NCBI GenBank assembly: GCA_010909165.1
Contig: MU008160.1
Span: 1,426,001-1,490,000, forward strand
Direction: 5' to 3'
Length of the DNA: 64,000 nt
Source: Anthoceros angustus
Taxonomy: Eukaryota > Plantae > Anthocerotophyta
The translations under genes and the position numbers were made by a program. The notes beneath the pieces were generated by a model that saw nothing but the letters and a program-made list of their open reading frames with translations, had not been told where the DNA came from and ran no database searches. Positions 1-10,523 of the stretch are shown piece by piece. Each line of letters begins with the position of its first letter. The stretch's first letter is position 1.

Positions 1-792
1 CTGATCCTTTGAGGGTTCTTATCTTAGCGTGCAACAAAGCAGGCAAGATAATCTCCAAAGAAGCAGACTTGGAACAGGTGACTGTTGTGCGTGATTGCTC
101 TCTAGCTGTGAATCTACACGCACAAGGAGGAATGGGAAGGTCTTTATGTAAACTGGTCAATTTTGTCTCACAGGTCATGCAGGAGCTTCCTAAAGCTATC
201 CAGAAAACGAGTCTACTGCTTTCTGTCTTGGCTGTCGTGGATCAACCAGCACTTGCAAGCTGACACTTATATGGGCTATGTTCTTGATCTTGCTCGTGGT
301 CACGCCCTTTCTTGTTGTAATGATCCCACAACCCGGTCACTTCATTGAACTGTAAGTGAGGATCGGGCCCGGCACAGCTCTACTGCAAGGACAAAGGACC
401 ATGAACAGAGCGTGTTCGCAAGCCAGCCGGTGGGCACGCACGTCCATCTGCATCAAACACTTGTTATGTACCTAATATGCATGTAGGAGTTTAGGGTTGG
501 GAGTGAGTTGGCGAAATTGCCTCACCAGCACAAGGTCCGGTCACTTGCGGACACCCTTCACAGCGCTCCTTCCTTATTCCAGTCATACCAGCTATGTCTA
601 CCCTGTCCCTCGCTTTGGTAACATCTGGACCTCGTCTGCGTTGTCCACGCTCGAGCTTGCCCTCGAACTGTGAGGTAAGGCGCTCCTGTCCGTCCCACTG
701 CTCGCCCGCTCTCTTCGTTCAGTTGGCTACAGGTCTCTAGGTGCTCGACTGTGCCTTGCTGGCACCGCCGCCCTCCCACTGGCAGCAACTGG

Positions 793-820
793 TTGCCGCC
801 TTGCCGCCTTGCCGCCTTGC
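793..820. repeat. (TTGCCGCC) x3.5 micro-tandem repeat
   Basis: ttgccgcc ttgccgcc ttgccgcc ttgc read directly. Confidence 0.9.
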
Positions 821-937
821 GTACCTCTTGCCATCGTGTAGGTCCAGTTGATTCCTCTTAGGAGTTTCTTAGGAATTAGTTGGCTTTCTATTCAGCGGCT
901 ATGAGAGCCAAGGCATCTCGGGTGTGGAATTATTGCT

Positions 938-1446
938 ACTGCAGACATGACTACACCGGGAGATGGATGTGATACAGATATGACTGCACCGGGAGATGGA
1001 TGTGATGCAGAGATGACTGCACTTTGGAGATTGATGTGACACCGGGGGAGACGGATGTGATTCAGAGGAGATGACTTGCACGGGGGCAATTGGATGTGAT
1101 GCAGAGATGAGTGCACCGGGGCAAATGGATGTGATGTAGAGGTGATGACTACACCGGGGCAAGTGGTTGCGATGCAGAGGAGATGACTGCACCGGGGCAA
1201 ATGGATGTGATGCAGAGATGATTGCACCGGGGCAAATGGATGATGACTGCACCGGGCAAATGGATGTGACGCAAAGGTGACTGCACCGGGGCACATGGAT
1301 GTGATGCAGAGATGACTTGCACCGGGGCAAATGGATGTGATGCAGAGATGACTGCACCGGGGCAAATGGATGTGATGCGACATGACTGCACCGGGGCAAA
1401 TGGATGTGATGCAGAGATGACTGCACCGAGGTAAATGGATGTGATG
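938..1446. repeat. 35-bp minisatellite, ~14-15 copies
   Basis: Unit GGATGTGATGCAGAGATGACTGCACCGGGGCAAAT repeated head-to-tail with degenerate copies and no spacers. The overlapping His/Pro/Cys ORFs are by-products. Confidence 0.92.
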
Positions 1447-1629
1447 TGAATTTGAACATCCATGCCTTTAGGGGTTATTTAGTCTATGTTTTGAAGAAGT
1501 TGGTGAAGATTGCAAAGAGGTGTTCTCATCACAGTGAAAAGTTTTATCGAGTATCGAGGCAAGTTGGAGAGGTTAGAGCTCCGAAGGATGAGGATATTGA
1601 AGAGGTTGGAGCTTTGAAGGCTGGAGAGG

Positions 1630-2245
1630 TTGGAGCTTTGAAGGCTGGAAATGCTGGAGTTACAACGGTGGTGCAAAATGCAAGAGCTGGAGATGCTGCA
1701 CGTACTAGAGTTGTGAAGAATGTAGAGATTGGAGATGTTTGACATATCGCAGTTGTGGAGAGTGCAGGGACGGGACGTATGGCAGGTAGAGAAATAAAAT
1801 TTAATCCTATCTTCAATCTGCTTAAGGTAGAGATTTAAGAATTACGCATGAGCCACCAGCAACAGTTAGCACATCATGAACAGGAGATTGAAGACTTCAA
1901 AACTTGAAATAGTCTTACCAGCAGCAGGTTTCCAGCTTCAAGTCTTCATCTTGAATTTTATTGATAGTGAGATTATTTCAAATCTTCAATCAGCTGTTCA
2001 TGGCGTTCCAAGTGTTGCTGGTGGCTCATGCATAAGTCTTAAATCTCTGTCTTGAACAGATTGAAAATTACATCAAATTTTAGTTCTCCACTCATCAAGC
2101 GTTCATTCTATGCTTTCTCCACAAGCTGCATTATGTTCAACATCTTCAACCCTTATATTGTCTACAACTATGATATGTCCAGCATCTCCAGCTCCTGCAT
2201 TCTTCACCCCTGCCATAACTCTAGTATCCCCAACCTCTAGAGCTT
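1630..2245. repeat. Diverged inverted duplication (foldback), ~290-bp arms, ~45-bp spacer
   Basis: 1829-1900 matches the reverse complement of 1977-2048 at 61/72 nt. Colinear similarity of roughly 65-70% continues out to ~1630 and ~2245. Confidence 0.85.
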
Positions 2246-3180
2246 TAGCCTGTGATCGCTCCAAAGAGTCCACAAGTTTGTCTTGGACTCTTTAGAAAAA
2301 CTAGTTAACAAGGGTTCCTTACCTTATTCTTTTTGCCGGAGGCCTTCAAAGGGGAGACCTCAAGGTGCGGCCTGGCAATGAGTCCGAGTAACGAAAGATT
2401 TATGAGGGGACAGCTTTGAAGGCTTGCCACAGGTGCTCTCTAGTGTTGCAAACATGTGATATTTTTATAAATTTGAACCGCAAAGGCATTGAAAACTTCT
2501 TGTAATTCTGGTTGCTTCCATGCACTGCGTCAAGCGCAATCGACTCTGAAGAGAGAAATGACAAGCTAAATGGCCAAGCAATTGTCCTCCTCCTCAGTTC
2601 CTTGGGGCCCTTGGTGAATGTCTTGCTTGCTGTCAGTTTGTAAATTTCTTTTAGCATCTATTCTAGAAACTGGGGTACCTATAGAACTGGGAACCGATTA
2701 GGATTCTGAGAAACTAGCTTTGGTACGCTTAGGGCAACTGTGATTTTGAGAAGCTTACAATGACGGAGGAATCAAGCTCTATTACATGAAGATACATGAG
2801 GGGAAAGATTACATATAAGAGAAGGTTCCAAAAGATTGTGAGTCAAGATCTGGATGGAGGAAATTGGTGGTTGCAACTATTAGTTTTAAGAAGAGACATG
2901 AGGTGCTGGTTGATCAAAATCTCATTCCTGAAGAGCATGGCAAGGACCCATTCCAGTTTGGTTGACTTCTATTGCCTTTAGATATGCACTCTGTAGATTC
3001 ATGTTATGTTGTACTCTGTAGATTCATATTATGTTGCATCATTTATCTTTTCTACCACACACATTTGGTGGACGTGTGCTTGAGAGTTTTCAAAGACAGT
3101 TTTTGACATGAGTTAGATGTCCTACGCTCAGCTGGAAATGTGCAAGCTTTCTTCAGACCACTAGCTGCTTGCTTACACGG

Positions 3181-3846
3181 TCGATGTTGTTAGGTCTGAG
3201 TTTTTTGTACTCTTTGTCTAGGATTTGAACACTAGGCGCTTACTCCAAAAACATACAAGATAAGGAATGGGCGAGCACCTCCCGAACACTCTTTTACACT
3301 TTGATCATTGTGATACCTGTCGACGAGAAGCCAATGACTGTGATACCTGCAAGCGAGAAGCTCATGGCTGTGATATTTGTGAGCGAGAAGCTGATGATTA
3401 TGACACCGCCAAACAGAGCGTGACATGATACCTAGGAGCGAAGTTGATGGTGATACCTAGGAGCGAGAAGTTGATGACTGTGATACTTGCGGTGAGACAA
3501 CGATGTTGTTAGGTCGAGTTTTTGTACTCTTTGTCTAGGATTTGAACACTAGGCGCTTACTCCAAAAACATACAAGATAAGGAATGGGCGAGCACCTCCA
3601 ACACTCTTTTACACTTTGATCATTGTGATACCTAGGAGCGAGAAGTTGATGATACCTAGGAGCGAAGTTGATGGTATGATATTTGTGAGCTGATGATTAT
3701 GACACACCAGGCCGATATGATACACGCGTTGGGGCCGATGATACCTAGGGCGAAGTTGATGATCGTGATACTTGCGGTGAGACAGTGGTAATGTACCTTA
3801 CGAGGCTATTGGTTTGATACGCTAGAAGGCGATGGCTCTGATACCT
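3181..3846. repeat. ~320-bp tandem duplication containing a degenerate 30-bp array
   Basis: 3181-3318 recurs at ~3502-3635. TGATACC/TGATAT/TGACAC units start at 3311, 3341, 3371, 3401, 3451 and 3481. Confidence 0.85.
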
Positions 3847-3913
3847 TGTCAAATAGAGGTAGAAAAAAATATTCTTGTTTAATACATAATATTTTTCTAC
3901 CCTTATTTGACAA
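3832..3913 (-). mobile_element. tRNA-iMet-type primer binding site adjacent to a 67-bp hairpin (LTR-retroelement relic)
   Basis: GGCTCTGATACC (3834-3845) is the complement of the TGGTATCAGAGCC PBS. It is followed by the inverted repeat TGTCAAATAGAGGTAGAAAAAAATATT (3847-3873) / AATATTTTTCTACCCTTATTTGACA (3888-3912). Confidence 0.55.
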
Positions 3914-4529
3914 TGCCGGATAATATGTTAAGGCCTTTAAGGGTGGCTGCATCTAAGTCTCAAAATTGGAGCCGACGCAGCAATGTATGGCAACCCTTAT
4001 TCTCGGGCAAAGGTAAAGGTGGGGAGTTTTAGTGGGTGAGGGAGTTTTTCCCAAGTTCCACATAACTTGCGATGGTATCTAAGTACGTACTCAGACGACC
4101 TCGGGAAGAGCATAGTCTCTTCCTATTGGGATGATACGATGTGTAACATAGGGGAATCAGAACCCTTGCTGAAGATTTCTCCCCCGGGGTTGTTTTGATT
4201 TATTTTCAAAATATCAAATTAAAAAAAATTAATCTAAGTCTCAAGGGATGCTCAAAACACTAGTAGCCATCCATATTTTAGGTCGACTTCTAATTGTTGT
4301 GCTTCGTGAGAGTGTGTATAGGGTTTTTGGTTGAAAGCTAGATGAGAGGGATTCTTATTGTCTGGTCTTTGTGGAGAGTGATCCAGACTTTTCTGTTGAA
4401 GTTGGTAACACAAAAGATTGGTGTTTCAATAGCATCAATGACAGGTCCAAGAATTCAAGCGAGGTGATTTTCATGGGGTCACATAATCCGTATTAGACTC
4501 ATGTGTTGGGCTCAACATTTAGCAACACT

Positions 4530-4900
4530 CAGGGGAGACTAGTATGCGATAATATCTGCTGATCTGGTCTCTCCAGGTGTATTTGATGGATGCCAACAAA
4601 CATCAGGCTCCGTTGCAGTTGGTTCAAAGGCGGAGGCCTGGGTTGGAGTATTCTGTTGAACATCACACTGGTCTTGTCTACATTCTCACAAATTTTACAG
4701 CAGATGACCATGATGTACACGATTCTGGCAACATCAGACTCGCTCAGACCTGACCTAAAGAGGGCAGTTTTCCGGGGTTCGCATTGCTAAGATTGCGGCC
4801 CCTTGACCCACTCATGCTTGGCAGCAACTTATGGTAGCACCTGCGTGGACGTAAGCTGGGGGAAGTCATGTGACTCTCTAAGAACAGTGTTGCAAACTGT
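4530..4900 (-). mobile_element. Possible degenerate LINE 3' fragment (zf-RVT-like)
   Basis: Broken frames give RCYHKLLPS..RGRNL..CPL..GQV and LMFVGIHQIHLER, loosely resembling the W..LP....L..RG...CPLC...ES..HL and W.IW.ERN motifs. Weak. Confidence 0.25.
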
Positions 4901-5433
4901 GGTGGCGACTGAACCGGGTGTCATATTCAAGAACATGCGCAGTTTCCAGGAAGGTATGATGCGTTAGAATGGAAGGGTGCTACCAGAGGACGAAGGCTCC
5001 CGGCTGGGTTGAGCCTGCTGCTGTTTGCACTGGACCGGTCCAGAGGATACTCCGTGGTCAGATTGACGTTGTAGATAGGCAGCAACCAGCGTCGTGTCGA
5101 TCCCCGATAGCCGGTCGACCATGGCGCCGCAGCGAGCCTGCCCGATCGTGTGCGCCCCTCTAACCTTGCACATCACAGTATGTACAATGTTCAGTAACGT
5201 ATTAAGGTCAGCTTAACTCAAGTAGGGTCAGCTCACCTGAACTCAGCTCACCTTAGCTCAAGTTAGCTCACCTGAAGGTGGCTCTATCGGGTGAATAGTG
5301 GCGGCAATGGCGTGGTCAGCGTTACCCGTCCATGTCTCAGTTGGGACAGGGACGGCCTGAAGCAAGCACACCAACCCCAAAAGCAATGTCCTCTGTCGTC
5401 CACGCTTGAGCACTGGCTACTTCATCATTTTTC

Positions 5434-5838
5434 TCACGGTCGGCCCTTACAACTGCAGCAACCAGCGGCGAATCGATGCACCCGGTACGCATCTCTTACA
5501 ACAATGTCTCTCTGTTCGACCCTCGACATGATCTCTGTGGAACTGTGGCAGTCACTGCACATGCGTAGATTCTTGGTTAACACCAGAGGTGTCCCACTTG
5601 GAGTGTTCAAGAGACCAAACGCCAGAGCTAGCTTCTCAGCATGCCCACAAAGCGCATCTTCCTTTTCCTTCTCACACACTGGTTTCAACACCAACTTTGT
5701 GTGAGGCACGTGGCCTCCTTCCTGCTTCATACGTGCATTCGTGCTCTCTACCTTAAGCGCAATATCCTCTCTCCTTTCTCCCACCAGAAATCTATGTACC
5801 TGCTTATTCACCTCAATGGTCGCCACTGCGGGTTTCTT
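5434..5838 (-). other. DYW:KP deaminase-fold domain, GRP subtype
   Basis: KP motif ([11 protein letters not shown]), HAE in place of HSE, CxxCH zinc ligands, and terminal GRP instead of DYW. Confidence 0.93.
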
Positions 5839-8800
5839 GTTAGCTCCCGCTGCCCTTCTCTGTGTTTCGATCCTGCCTACATCGGTCCACCTACCTGCAT
5901 CTGCATAGGCATTGGCCATGAGCACATAACCGGGGGCATCCTGGGGGTCCAGCCTAACAATGCTTTCAAAACACCACATGGCCCTCTCTACATCCCCGTG
6001 ACTTTTGCAGGCATTTAACAAAGACCGCAAGCCCACAACATTACTTTGGCCCTCACATGATAATAGGATCTTCTCTGCCTCATCTAAATGGCCTGCCCGC
6101 CCAAGAAGATCAATCATGCAAACGTAATGCTCAATAGTAGGTCTGATGCCATGCTGTTCAGCCATGGAATCGAAGTGCTTGCGACCGGCTTCGACCAGTC
6201 CCTCATGGCTGCATGCTACCAAAAGGCAAGTAAAGGTAGCATCATTAGGCTGAATGCCTGCAACTAACATCTCCTCAAAGCAAGCTAGTGCCATGTGACC
6301 TTCATCACAAGTACCATACCCAGATATCAGGGCATTCCATGTCACCACGTTTTTTGCGTTCATGCTGTCAAAAACCTGGCGTGCGTCTTCCAGTTCGCCA
6401 CATTTTGCATACATGTCTACCAGGCAGTTGCCGACCAGTACGTTATCCAGAAGTCCTCTTTCACAATCTGTGAGTGCAGCTGCCTGCCCTTCTGTAAGGC
6501 ACCAGTGCTTGCACAGGCCTTCAGAAGGCAAGCAAAAGTAACATGGTCAGCCAAAATCAGGCCTCTGCTCCATTTGTCCACACAACAAGCGCCTCTTGGA
6601 GTCCTTGCTGTGCATACCCAGCAATCAGGGCATTCCATGTCACCACATCCTTTGTGGCCATGCTGTCAAAAACCTGGCGTGCATCTTCAGTTCACCACAT
6701 TTTGCATACATGTCCACCACATTTTGCATACATGTCCACCAGGCAGTTGCCCACCACATTTTGCATACATGTCCACCAGGCAGTGCCCACACTACGTCAT
6801 CCAGCAGTCCTCTTTCCAATCTGTGAGTGCAGCTGCCTGCCCTTCTGTAAGGCACCAGTGCTTGCACAGGCCTTCAGAAGGCAAGCAAAAGTAACATGGT
6901 CAGCCAAAATCAGGCCTCCTGCTCCATTTGTCCATACACAAGCGCCTCTTGAGTCCTTGCTGTGCATACCCAGCAATCAGGGCATTCCATGTCACCACAT
7001 CCTTTGTGGCCATGCTGTCAAAAACCTGGCGTGCAACTTCAAGTTCACCACATTTTGCATACATGTTTACCAGGCAGTTGCCCACCAGTATACTACCCTG
7101 CAGTCCTCTTTCCACAATCTGAGAGTGCAGCTGCCTGCCCTTCAGTAAGGCACCGGTGCTTGCACAGGCATTGAGAAGGCAAGCAAAAGTAACATGGTTA
7201 GCCAAAATCAACCCCTCCTGCTCCATTTGTCCATACAGAACAAGTGCCTCATGTCCGAGCCCTTGCTCTGCATATCCAGCTATCAGGGCATTCCATGTCA
7301 CCACATTCTTTGTGTCCATGCTGTCAAAAACCTGGCGTGCATCTTCCAGTTCACCACATTTTGCATACATGTCCACCAGGCAGTGCCCACACTACGTTAT
7401 CCAGCAGTCCTCTTTCGACAATCTGTGAGTGCAGCCCTTCTGTAAGGCACCAGTGCTTGCACAGGCCTTCAGAAGGCAAGCAAAAGTAACATGGTCAGCC
7501 AAAATCAGGCCTCTGCTCCATTTGTCCACACAATAAGCGCCTCTTGAGTCCTTGCTGTGCATACCCAGCAATCAGCGCCGTCCATGTCACCACATCCTTT
7601 GTGGCCATGCTGTCAAAAACCTGCCGTGCATTGTCCATTTCACCACATTTTGCATAGCCAGATATCAGGGCATTCCATGTCGCCACATCCTTCGTGGCCA
7701 TGCTGTCAAAAACCTGGCGTGCATCTTCTGGTTCACCACATTTTGCATACATGTCCACCAGGCAGGTGCGCAACACTACGTCATCCAGCAGTCCTCTTTT
7801 CAGAATCTGTGAGTGCAGCTGCCTGCCTTTCTGTAAGGCACCAGTGCTTCCACAGGCCTTCAGGAGGCAAGCAAAAGTAACACGGTTAGCCAAAATGAGG
7901 CCTTCTTGCTCCATTTGTCCATACAGAACAAGCGCCTCTTGGCCCAGTCCTTGCTGTGCATACCCAGCAATCAACGACGTCCATGTCACCACATCCTTTG
8001 TGGCCAAGCTGTCAAAAACCTGGCGTGCAACTTCAAGTTCACCACATTTTGCATACATGTTTACCAGGCAGTTGCCCACCAACGTTATCCAGCAGTCCTC
8101 TTTTCACAATCTGTGAGTGCAGCTGCCTGCCCTTCTGTAAGGCACCAGTGCTTGCACAGGCCTTCAGAAGGCAAGCAAAAGTAACATGGTCAGCCAAAAT
8201 CAGCCCTCCTGCTCCATTTGTCCATACAGAACAAGTGCCTCATGTCCAGCCCTTGCTGCATACCCAGCTATCAGGGCATTCCATGTCACCACATCCTTTG
8301 CCATGCTGTCAAAAACCTGGCGTGCATCTTTCAGTTCACCACATTTTGCATAGCCAGATATCAGGGCATTCCATGTCACCACATCCTTTGTGGCCATGCT
8401 ATCAAAAACCTGGCGGGCATCTCCCAGTCCATCACATTTTGCATACATGTCCACAAGGCAGTTGCCAACAAACAGGTTAGTAGGAATGCCACTGTGCAAC
8501 ACATCACAGTGCACTTTTCTGCCAGATTCCAAGTCAGCGCCAAATGCACAAGCTTGAAGGGCAGCTACAAAGACGTGACCATTTGCCTTCACTCCTGACT
8601 TACGCATCTCATGGTACAGTTGTATAGCCTCATTAGGTTTCCCATGCTTAGCATGCAGATTATGGAAGACCACATGAAGGCATCTGGTTTGCCACCCTGG
8701 TGAACACATCCATGGCCTCCTCTAGCCTACCTCCACATGCATACATGCGCAAGATATGGTTCCCCAAGTATGCATTCGACTCGTACCCAAGTTTGACACT

Positions 8801-9468
8801 GAGATCATGAACTCGTCGCCCACAACCAAATCCTTCTTAGCTGTACACAGTTTCAGCACAGTGCAAAACAGAGAGTCGGAAATAGCAGAGTCTGTCTGCG
8901 CCAGAGATTCCAGGGCTCCGACGGCCTCGGAAAGCTTCCCCTGCTGACAGAACGTGCTCACGGTTAGGGCCGTAACGACATCCATTTCCGATGTTGCACG
9001 CCTCCCAGGTTCAGGCTTATCCGGTGAGCTGGACTCGGAAGGAGAGGCACCATGTCCCATCTGTATATCCATGAACATGAGCTGCTCATCAACCCAAGCT
9101 GGCTTAAACATGTTGTTTAACCACAGCACCTCGCCGGACCTCTTACGCCGGAAGTCAGGGGCACGGGAGCTCTTCTTATCTCGTCTGTTGTCCCACCACA
9201 GGGTAGGGTCCAGAAAAAATTGTTGCCACAAGTGCTCCTGCTCCTGCTCCTGGCAACGACCGGCATCGCTGGAAAACCCGCCCCTACCCATACACGCTTT
9301 CGGAAGTGGAAGTGCTGGGCTCCTTACACTGCTGCACCTGGAGGCTTTGTTTGCCAGGGGTTGACTCCCTAAGATGAGGTGAGCGGGAGCTCCTGGTGGA
9401 ATCCCTGTACACACACCAATTGCAATTTGTTGGGTCCACAACGGGTCCGGTTGCCATACTGTGGCCAT
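5434..9468 (-). CDS. PLS-class PPR protein with P2-L2-S2-E1-E2-DYW:KP (GRP) C-terminus and N-terminal PDF motif; frameshifted as assembled
   Basis: About 25 P/L/S/SS motifs ([52 protein letters not shown]). The last 365 codons are open and end [10 protein letters not shown]...HAEKLA...CSDCH...CSCKGRP. Frames 8722-9468 and 8200-8709 join by single-base shifts in short homopolymer runs, giving [40 protein letters not shown]. The true start may be further upstream (~9560). Confidence 0.9.
9118..9231 (-). other. PDF motif of OSB (organellar ssDNA-binding) protein type
   Basis: [38 protein letters not shown] followed by [13 protein letters not shown] fits the OSB PDF pattern W..FF..P..WWDNR..K...PDFK.K..GE.LWL...P.WV as recalled. 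Confidence 0.85.
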
Positions 9469-10099
9469 CGTTCAGGGACCGCTGTCGGAAGATGAGTCTA
9501 ACAACAGACTATCCAGGATGCTCAGCTACTATGCATGACCACACCGTACGAGCTAGCATGGAAACCGCAGCCAAAGGCTGGGTTCCCATGAACCCGATCC
9601 CCGGGAGGCATTCGGAGTCGGCGTTTCCTATGTGAGACCCGGAATATGGCCCAGACTTGGCATTGTTACCGGCACTCCACGGGTCATAAGACCGGACGAG
9701 CCTGTCGCTCCAACGGAGCGCCAAGTCGAGACCGGAGAGCCCGTGCTCACGTATAATAATAATGGTCGATCTGCCAAGCCCGACTCCGAAAACCCCCTAC
9801 TATCGGGTCGAGCTTGGTACCATGCAGTCCATTTCTAACAGAACCGTTAAAAAAAGTTACGAGCTTTCTATGCTGTTCCCGGCGGTCTGAACTGTGGGTC
9901 ACCCAGCAAATTCTACACGTATCTGCATCGGTTCCATATAAAGGAAAATTTTTGATGAGAAAATTATGAGAAAAGTCCATCCATGAGGGTCGTGGTGAAA
10001 AGGAGCAGTTCACCTCCCTACCCATATGAAGTTTTTTTTTTCTTTTTTCTCCATATAACAAGTCAGGTTATACTCTATTTATAGATATATCAAGGGAAA

Positions 10100-10523
10100 G
10101 AAGACTTTATTATAAAAAAGAGATGGGAAAAACCCATCCACCCAAAAACAAAAGGGGAAAAACCTAACGAAGGGCTCCATGTCAGGGGGACTAGCCTCCA
10201 CGATCACACATTTCAGAACTACCAACCGCCCGAAGAACTTCGTGGTCAGGGATGTGAAAAGGCCTACTTACCACCGGTGTCAAAGAAGGCGCATCTCCAC
10301 TTTTCATTTGTCGTTCTATACCCGCTACGTTAATAACCCTACGCAAAGCGATGGAAACCCTCTGCCGGAAGAAAGCAACAATAGATATACATATATCAAC
10401 TATGGTAGTATGAAAAAATATTACAAGGCATATTTTTTTAAAGTGGAAGGCCGAATTCATCAAGATCATGCGGCTTTCCATTAACATCTTCGCACATAGA
10501 TGCCAAAGAGGAAGAAGGAGCAA
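10100..10523 (-). mobile_element. Non-LTR retrotransposon 3' relic (CRE-like C-terminus)
   Basis: FFRQRVSIALRRVINVAGIER resembles the F.QR.SIALQR C-terminal motif of RLE-type LINEs. A T-rich tail follows on the same strand. Confidence 0.4.

Noticed and set aside
9-348. ORFs at the window start
   Set aside because: No recognisable domain in either orientation, and the context is truncated.
938-1446. CRISPR-like array (also considered for the 30-bp array at 3311-3846)
   Set aside because: Units are head-to-tail with no unique spacers, there are no cas genes, and the context is eukaryotic.
892-1463. His/Pro/Cys-rich ORFs in all three minus frames
   Set aside because: They are translation products of the 35-bp minisatellite.
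5291-8598. Many plus-strand ORFs over the PPR gene
   Set aside because: They are antisense shadows of repetitive PPR coding sequence with no recognisable motifs.
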